From Candidatus Dormiibacterota bacterium (GTDB lineage Bacteria; Chloroflexota; Dormibacteria; Aeolococcales; Aeolococcaceae): 64,000 nt of DNA. Position numbers and translations under genes: made by a program. The stretch is taken from the NCBI GenBank assembly GCA_963718525.1, contig OY970355.1, positions 2,752,001-2,816,000 on the forward strand, in the 5' to 3' direction. A model generated the notes under the pieces. That model saw only the letters and a list, made by a program, of their open reading frames with translations, did not search any database and was not told the origin of the DNA. Each line of letters starts with the position of its first letter. Position 1 is the first letter of the stretch. Of the stretch, positions 57,976-64,000 are shown one piece after another.

Positions 57976-59166
57976 CTACGTCGCGGCTGCGAGTGTCACG
58001 GTCGCCTGATGGTGCTGTCCGGATGGGTCGACCCAGCCGATCGCCACGGATTGACCCTCGTGATCGCCATCGAGCGACACCTTGAGCGACGACGAGGAGA
58101 CGACGGCGGTGCCACCGATTGACGTGATGACATCGCCCGCACCGAGCCCCGTGGAGGCTGCCGGCGTCCCGCTCTCGACGCCGGTGGGACCACACGTCGA
58201 TCCCGAGATCAGTACGGCGCCAAGCGGTGATGCGCTGTCGCTGACACACACCCCGAGCAACGCGCCTGCAGGTGGTGTCGAGGGATTGGCGATGATCTGA
58301 TGGGCGTAGTTCAAGGCGGTGTCGATGGGGATTGCGAATGCCTGGATCACCCCGGGCTGCGGTCCCGTGCGTCCTCCGCTCGCGGCCGTGTCGATCCCGA
58401 TCACCTGGCCATTGCTGTTGATGAGCGGCCCACCCGAGTCGCCAGGCTGGATCGGAGCGTTGGTTTGAATCATGCCGCTCAGGTTCTCGGGATTCTGTCC
58501 GGTCGAATCCGAGGCTGTGATCTGCTGATCGAGAGCCGTCACTGTGCCGGTCGCCACCGCCGGCGCGCCGCCGCGACCCTGCGCATTGCCGAGTGCGGTC
58601 ACGCCGTCTCCCACGTGCACGGTGGACGAGTCGCCGATCGGGGCTTTTGACAGTCCACTCGCCCCCTGGAGTTGGAGCACTGCGATGTCGTGGGCGGGGT
58701 CCTGGCCCACGAGGACCGCGGGAAAGGTGTCGCCCGTCGCGGTCAGCCGCACGCTGATCGCCTCTCCACCGGAGACGACATGATCGTTGGTCAGCACGAG
58801 CCCCGTCGAGGTGAGCACGATGCCGGTCCCGGCCGCGGCGGCACCGCCGCCGAGCGACGTGTCGATATCGACGATGGCCGCTTCGACACCGGAGGTGTTC
58901 CCCGAGCCACCCAGGCCATGGGTCGCGATCACCGCGGTCGCAGCAGCGCTCGCGGCGAAGATGAAGATGATGATCACAGCGCCGAGCATCAACAGCCGTG
59001 ATGTCCGCCGTGGTGGCGGCGGCGGCTCGTAGTTGTAGAACTGTTGCGGCCACCACCCAGGGACCGGCGGCGGCGAGGACCATCCCGAACCCGCCCACGG
59101 GTCGTCGGTTCGCGCTCCCCCTGACCACGCCGGAACTCCGACGGGGACCTCCTCCTCCTCGCTCAT
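57976..59166 (-). CDS. HtrA/DegP-like S1C serine protease with PDZ
   Basis: TM helix; LTNDHV, DIAVL and GDSGGP triad; GDVI PDZ motif. Confidence 0.92.
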   Translation of the reverse strand: MSEEEEVPVGVPAWSGGARTDDPWAGSGWSSPPPVPGWWPQQFYNYEPPPPPRRTSRLLMLGAVIIIFIFAASAAATAVIATHGLGGSGNTSGVEAAIVDIDTSLGGGAAAAGTGIVLTSTGLVLTNDHVVSGGEAISVRLTATGDTFPAVLVGQDPAHDIAVLQLQGASGLSKAPIGDSSTVHVGDGVTALGNAQGRGGAPAVATGTVTALDQQITASDSTGQNPENLSGMIQTNAPIQPGDSGGPLINSNGQVIGIDTAASGGRTGPQPGVIQAFAIPIDTALNYAHQIIANPSTPPAGALLGVCVSDSASPLGAVLISGSTCGPTGVESGTPAASTGLGAGDVITSIGGTAVVSSSSLKVSLDGDHEGQSVAIGWVDPSGQHHQATVTLAAAT

Positions 59167-59299
59167 CGTCACCCTATTGTCGCGACTTCCCGCTGTCGAG
59201 TGCATGACGAGGACTTCCCGCGTTCAGGCGCCACGGGCGCGGAACGCGGGTGTCCCCGAGCATGCGACCTGCTGAACCGAGCGTCTCGGTCCGGCCCGG

Positions 59300-59617
59300 C
59301 TACATGACGTTGAAGGTTTCCGCGACCTCGATGCTCGAGCCGCCGCCGAGCACCGGGCAGCCCTTGGCGAGCGCCACAGCCGCGTCGAGCGAATCGGCCT
59401 CGAGCAGGCTGTAGCCGGTGGCCGCGTTCGCGCCACCTCCGTCCGAAACTGACCCATCGCTGGCGATGGTCCTGGTCTGTCCAACCGGGTTGCCGCCGTC
59501 AGCAAGCGCGGGTCCGAGGTTCTGGAACCATGTTCCCCATGCGGCCATCACCTTGTCCTGCGCCTCCTGGCCCTCGGGCATGCTCCCGCCGTGGTAGACG
59601 AGCAGATATTTCGCCAT
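59300..59617 (-). CDS. YciI-like protein
   Basis: MAKYLLVYHG...GYSLLEADS...CP...IEV. Confidence 0.75.
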   Translation of the reverse strand: MAKYLLVYHGGSMPEGQEAQDKVMAAWGTWFQNLGPALADGGNPVGQTRTIASDGSVSDGGGANAATGYSLLEADSLDAAVALAKGCPVLGGGSSIEVAETFNVM

Positions 59618-59636
59618 GTCGTGCCTCCTTGTGTCG

Positions 59637-60878
59637 TCAGTTGCTGTTCGCGCTGATGGCGCGGATCACTGTGGGTTCAAGCCGCGTCTCGAGGAGCGCG
59701 CGCTCGGATGGGTTGTCGGTCAACTCGATGGCGCGGCGATCCGCGGCCGCCGCCTCATCGAGCCTTCCGAAGCGACGGAGCAATTCCGCCCTCGTCGCCC
59801 AGTAGAGGTGATAGCCGTCCAGCTCAGCGCGCAGCGCGTCGAGTTCCTCCATCGCAGGTACCGGGCCGGCGACGTGCTCCAGAGCGATGGCGCGATTGAG
59901 GCGGATCACCGGGCCCGGGTTGAGCCGCACCAGGGCACCGTAGAGCGCGAGGATCTGCGGCCAGTCAGTGTCGTCGAACGTCGCGGCCTCGGCGTGACAG
60001 GCGGCGATCGCGGCCTGCAGCCAGTACGACCCCGGGCGGCCCAGGCGTCGCGCCTGCTCGAGCAGTGTGCCGGCCTCGGCGATTGCCGCATGGTCCCACC
60101 GCGATCGGTCCTGGTCACGAAGCAGCACGAGCGCCCCGCCCGCATCGAAACGAGTCGTCCGGCGCGATTCATGCAGGTGCATCAGCGCGAGCAGGGCGAG
60201 GACCTCGGGCTCGTTGGAGAGCATCCGGGAGAGCAGTCCGCAGAGCCAGATCGCGTCGGCGCAGAGGTCGCAACTCGTTGACATCTCCGGCCCGCTGCCG
60301 AGATATCCCTCGTTGAACACGATATAGAGCGAGGCGAGCACCTCGGCCAGACGGTTCGGCAGCTCGTCGGCACCCGGCATGCGGTATGGGATCTGCGCGT
60401 TGACGATCTTTCGCTTCGCGCGAACAATTCGCTGCGCCATGGTCGTCTCCGATACCAGGAACGCGTGCGCAATCTGGCTCGTGGTCATGCCCATGACCGC
60501 GCGCAGGGTCAGCGCAACCTGCGCATCGCGGGCCAGCGCGGGATGGCAGCAGGTGAAGATGAGCCGAAGACGGTCGTCGGGATCGGAGCGAACGTCCGGC
60601 GCCCATCCGTCGGTCAGCAACTGGAGCTTGGCTCGGTACGTCGAGTCGCGACGAAGCCGGTCGATCGCGCGACGCCGTGCTGTCTGGAGGAGCCATGCAG
60701 CGGGCCGCTCTGGCACCCCCTCCAGTGGCCAGCGTTGCAGGGCGACCACCACGGCATCCTGGACCAGGTCCTCGGCGAGGTCGAAGTCACCGGTGATGCG
60801 CACCAGCGATCCGCAGATGAGGCCCACCTCCGCCCGGAAGACGGCGTTCATCGCCTCGCCGGTCGGGTCGTTCACCAT
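59637..60878 (-). CDS. ECF sigma factor with long C-terminal extension (ECF42-like)
   Basis: DLAEDLVQDA, LRLIFTCCHPAL, QDRSRWD, YWLQAAIAACH. Confidence 0.9.
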   Translation of the reverse strand: MVNDPTGEAMNAVFRAEVGLICGSLVRITGDFDLAEDLVQDAVVVALQRWPLEGVPERPAAWLLQTARRRAIDRLRRDSTYRAKLQLLTDGWAPDVRSDPDDRLRLIFTCCHPALARDAQVALTLRAVMGMTTSQIAHAFLVSETTMAQRIVRAKRKIVNAQIPYRMPGADELPNRLAEVLASLYIVFNEGYLGSGPEMSTSCDLCADAIWLCGLLSRMLSNEPEVLALLALMHLHESRRTTRFDAGGALVLLRDQDRSRWDHAAIAEAGTLLEQARRLGRPGSYWLQAAIAACHAEAATFDDTDWPQILALYGALVRLNPGPVIRLNRAIALEHVAGPVPAMEELDALRAELDGYHLYWATRAELLRRFGRLDEAAAADRRAIELTDNPSERALLETRLEPTVIRAISANSN

Positions 60879-60901
60879 GGCTTCGCGAATCCCTCCCGGA
60901 C

Positions 60902-61282
60902 TCAGCCGACCGGATGATTCGGCATGTCGTCGTGGTTCACCACCGGGCGGATCTCGACAGCCTGATCTTGGCGCGGCCATCTCTTGGCGATCGCGATCGC
61001 GTCGTCCAGGTCCGCGACGTCGATCGTCACGAAGCCGGCCACGGTCTCCTTGCTCTCCATGAAGGGACCGTCGGTCACGAGCGGCCGGCCCTCCTGGAAC
61101 CGGACCGTCGTCGTGGAGTTCGACGGCTGGAGTTCCTCGCCGCCGCGGAGCTTGCCATCACGCCCGATCTCGGCGAACCACTGGTCGACCGCCGCGTAAT
61201 GGGCGCGTTGCGCCGCATCGTCGAGCCCTGCGGCGTCGACGGCCCCCTCCTCGTTCTTGATGAACAGCAACATGTACTTCAC
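60902..61282 (-). CDS. YciI/DGPF family protein
   Basis: MKYMLL, TDGPFMESKE, VEIRP; SD AAGGAG. Confidence 0.9.
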   Translation of the reverse strand: MKYMLLFIKNEEGAVDAAGLDDAAQRAHYAAVDQWFAEIGRDGKLRGGEELQPSNSTTTVRFQEGRPLVTDGPFMESKETVAGFVTIDVADLDDAIAIAKRWPRQDQAVEIRPVVNHDDMPNHPVG

Positions 61283-61326
61283 GGGTTCAGCTCCTTCGCA
61301 TCCAGATACGTCGTCCCAATGATGAC

Positions 61327-61353
61327 GACGATCGGCGAAGCCTTAAATCGACA
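61327..61353 (-). promoter_or_regulatory. ECF42-type promoter TGTCGA-N17-CGTC
   Basis: Minus strand reads TGTCGA tttaaggcttcgccgat CGTC upstream of the yciI-sigma-yciI operon. Confidence 0.7.
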
Positions 61354-61407
61354 GGTCTCGTCCGAGAAGGCCGTCCGGGCTGGCCGTCCCTGTCAGGCTG
61401 TCACCCC

Positions 61408-62247
61408 GTGGTCGAGTGGACAGTGGTGGGCCGGGCCCGCCTCGGCGGTGAGGATCGGTCGAACGTCGATCGCCTTCGGCGTGCATGCGAGGAGGCGGAA
61501 CCGCTGGACCTGAAGGTCGAGCTCGACGAGGCCGATCATCTCGATCGCCCGATTCACTTCCTGGCTACGGCCGGCGACGAGGTGATCGGCTATGCCGGGA
61601 TCACCGCCGGTGACGAGGCCGAGGTCTGCGGGATGGTGTACCCATCGTGGCGGGGTCGCGGGGTCGGCCGCGCGTTGCTGGCCCACATCCACACCGCGGC
61701 TTCCGACCTCGGCCGCGCGAGCATGCTGGTCATCTGCGAGGACGCTGGACCCCCGGCGATTGCCTGGATGCGCCGCCTCGGCGCCATCCTCGAGTTGGCT
61801 GAGCGTCGCATGGTGGTTCGGCTCATGGCGACCGCCACCCCGTCCACAGTCGATGGCCCTCTCGAGATTCGCCCCGCATCGGACGCCGATCACCACAGGG
61901 TGGCGGTCCTGCTGGGAGAGGAGTTCAGCGACCGTCCGGAGGACCAGCGACTCATCGGCCTCGACGGCGCGGGCATCGTCGGGACGCTCCGACTGATCGA
62001 GTCGTCGCAGCGCACGATGATCTACGGCTTCCTCATCGATGAGGGTCGTCGGGGCACGCGCCTCGGGTCGCGAATGCTCGCCGCCGTCTTCGAGCGTCTG
62101 CGTGGTGAAGGCGTCGACGAGGTCGGCCTGGAGGTCGACCCTGACAACACACCCGCGGTGCGGCTCTATGAGCGATTCCGATTCGAGACGGTCACCACGT
62201 ATCGATACATGCGCCTCCCGACCACCCCCTCGGAACTCCGGGAGTAG
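61408..62247 (+). CDS. Two-domain GNAT acetyltransferase
   Basis: WRGRGVG and RRGTRLG motif A; NTPAVRLYERF. Confidence 0.85.
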   Translation: MVEWTVVGRARLGGEDRSNVDRLRRACEEAEPLDLKVELDEADHLDRPIHFLATAGDEVIGYAGITAGDEAEVCGMVYPSWRGRGVGRALLAHIHTAASDLGRASMLVICEDAGPPAIAWMRRLGAILELAERRMVVRLMATATPSTVDGPLEIRPASDADHHRVAVLLGEEFSDRPEDQRLIGLDGAGIVGTLRLIESSQRTMIYGFLIDEGRRGTRLGSRMLAAVFERLRGEGVDEVGLEVDPDNTPAVRLYERFRFETVTTYRYMRLPTTPSELRE

Positions 62248-62289
62248 GCCGGGTTCTCGCGGCGTGCCGGCTTCGGTCGGTGCTCGCAC

Positions 62290-62730
62290 CTACCGAAGTG
62301 GTGGCTGCAGTGGGGGTGGCAGTGCCGGTTGGGTGGCATATCCGGGCTGCAGATATCGATCCCAGAGGCCGTTCAGATGGTCCTGGTAATACAGCGAATA
62401 CAGGCCGAAGACGAAGCTCAGCACGAGCCCGACCAGCGGCTCCGCGCGATTTGGGCTCCCCGCCTGCGCCTCCATGCGTGCGATCCGTGTGCCGGTGCGA
62501 TAGATGGTGATCAACGGCGGAATGATGAGCAGAGACCCGGGGATGAACGCGAGCACGGACAGCACGGGCTGGATCGAGTTGTCCCCCAGAAAGCGTCGCG
62601 CCTCGTCGTTGACCTTGTAGATCCAGACGAAGTGATAGATGCCGAGCGTGATGAGCGGCAACCCCAACCACACCGCGATCACATTGCGTTTCTTGTACGT
62701 CTGGGTGCCGACCGTCACGAGCTGTGCCAT
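62290..62730 (-). CDS. DUF4234-like membrane protein
   Basis: ITLGIY..VWIYKVN...YYQDHLN. Confidence 0.75.
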   Translation of the reverse strand: MAQLVTVGTQTYKKRNVIAVWLGLPLITLGIYHFVWIYKVNDEARRFLGDNSIQPVLSVLAFIPGSLLIIPPLITIYRTGTRIARMEAQAGSPNRAEPLVGLVLSFVFGLYSLYYQDHLNGLWDRYLQPGYATQPALPPPLQPPLR

Positions 62731-62762
62731 CGCCTACCTCCCTGCACTCCGCGATGCGAGCG

Positions 62763-63689
62763 TCAGTGCCGACCGATTCTGAGGACGACCTTGCCGGTGA
62801 CCTTCCGCGCCAGGAGGTCGCGGGCGAGATCGCCACCGCGGGTCCAATCCTCCTCCACGTCGACGTGCGGCACAAGGTGGCCCGCGACAACCAGCGCGCA
62901 CAGCGTCCGGAGATCAGAGGCTGCGCTTTGCGTGTACCGCAGCTCGTCGAAGATCAACATCGAGCGCACCGTGGCGCCGAGATGTGCGCCGAACCAGCGC
63001 GGGCCGAGCGGCGCCGGCTCCATGAGTGTCGAAGCGAATGAGACCACCATCCCGTGCGGCGCCACGACGTCGAGGCACCGGGTCAGCACCTCACCGCCGA
63101 CGCCGTCGAGGATGTGGTCGTACTGATCGTGCGCATCGTTGATATCACGAAGCACGTGGTCGCACGCGGCCGCTGCGACCGCATTCGCCTCCGGGTTGCG
63201 GATCAGACCGGTCACGGTCATTCGCACCGCGCGCGCCAGCTGGACCGCGAGGTGCCCCACGCCTCCGGACGCACCGGTGATGAGCACGCGCTTGCCTGCC
63301 GGAAACCCACCAAGCGCGAGCGCCCGAAATGCGGTGATGCCGGCGAGCGGGAGGCAGGCGGCTTGAGCCGGCGTCACTCCGCCGGGCACCGGCGCGAGGT
63401 AATCCACCGGGACCGCCACCAGCTCCGCCCACGCTTCGTTATCGACGAGGCCGAGAACGGTCGTGCCTGCCGAGGGTCCGGCGCCGCTCTCGGCAGCGCG
63501 CTCGACCACCCCGAAGACATCCCACCCGACCTGATGGCCTGCAGGCGCGTTCTTGGCTCGCAAGACCTCTCCGCGGTTGAGGCTCGTCGCCTGCACGCGC
63601 ACCAGGGCCTCGTTCGCAGTTGGCCGCGGCTCCGGCACCTCGCTGATGCGGAGCAGGTCGTCGTCGCCGGTGGTGAGGAGCGCAAGCAT
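62763..63689 (-). CDS. Quinone oxidoreductase-like MDR
   Basis: SLNRGE, GWD, TGASGGVG, GKVVL. Confidence 0.88.
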   Translation of the reverse strand: MLALLTTGDDDLLRISEVPEPRPTANEALVRVQATSLNRGEVLRAKNAPAGHQVGWDVFGVVERAAESGAGPSAGTTVLGLVDNEAWAELVAVPVDYLAPVPGGVTPAQAACLPLAGITAFRALALGGFPAGKRVLITGASGGVGHLAVQLARAVRMTVTGLIRNPEANAVAAAACDHVLRDINDAHDQYDHILDGVGGEVLTRCLDVVAPHGMVVSFASTLMEPAPLGPRWFGAHLGATVRSMLIFDELRYTQSAASDLRTLCALVVAGHLVPHVDVEEDWTRGGDLARDLLARKVTGKVVLRIGRH

Positions 63690-63708
63690 CGGGGTGGCCT
63701 GGATCCGC

Positions 63709-64000
63709 CTAGATCGCGCAGCTGTCGTCAGCGCAGACGCTGTCGACGTCGCCGGCCGCAACCATCTGCAGAGGATGGGCAGCGGTCCACGCCTGTTGCA
63801 TGGCTCCGAGGATCAGTTCCGACGGCTGCGCTCCGGAGACGCCATAGGCGCGATCGAGCACGAAGAACGGGACGCCGGTGATGCCCAACTGGCGGGCCTC
63901 CAACTCGTCATGGCGAACGTCGTCGGCATAGGCGTCGCCGGCGAGCACGTCGCGGACGGCACCCTCCTCAAGACCCGCCTCGACCGCGAGTCGCGTGAGG
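63709..64000 (-). CDS. DsbA/FrnE-family oxidoreductase, C-terminal part (runs off the window)
   Basis: GITGVPFFV, SGAQP and C-terminal CADDSCAI. Confidence 0.85.
   Translation of the reverse strand, partial: LTRLAVEAGLEEGAVRDVLAGDAYADDVRHDELEARQLGITGVPFFVLDRAYGVSGAQPSELILGAMQQAWTAAHPLQMVAAGDVDSVCADDSCAI

Overview
High-GC bacterial chromosomal window of mostly housekeeping and accessory genes. The gene style suggests a monoderm soil lineage such as Ca. Dormibacterota, Chloroflexota or Actinomycetota (inference only). It holds two tRNAs (Gly-GCC, Pro-TGG), a tyrosine-integrase remnant beside tRNA-Gly, a three-subunit pnt transhydrogenase operon, branched-chain and osmoprotectant ABC transporters, two two-component systems, an arsenic-resistance cluster, an ECF42/YciI locus and two bactofilins. 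No CRISPR array, rRNA or intact transposase was seen. Two features missed by the ORF track stand out. (1) At 21.8-27.1 kb, a twice-repeated cassette of a tiny SD-led Trp-Gly peptide gene (MATWGDVDNW; MADGAAWG), a hairpin and a paralogous MFS exporter lies divergent from a polytopic HisKA_3 kinase and a receiver-only regulator. It is a candidate signal-peptide-less signalling/export system, with attenuation as the alternative. (2) A 19-aa Cys/Asp micro-peptide (MICDCGCDGTGDCDCDCDC) is coupled to arsI in the ars cluster and is a candidate gene-encoded phytochelatin/metallothionein analogue. All product calls come from motif recognition by eye; no database searches were run.
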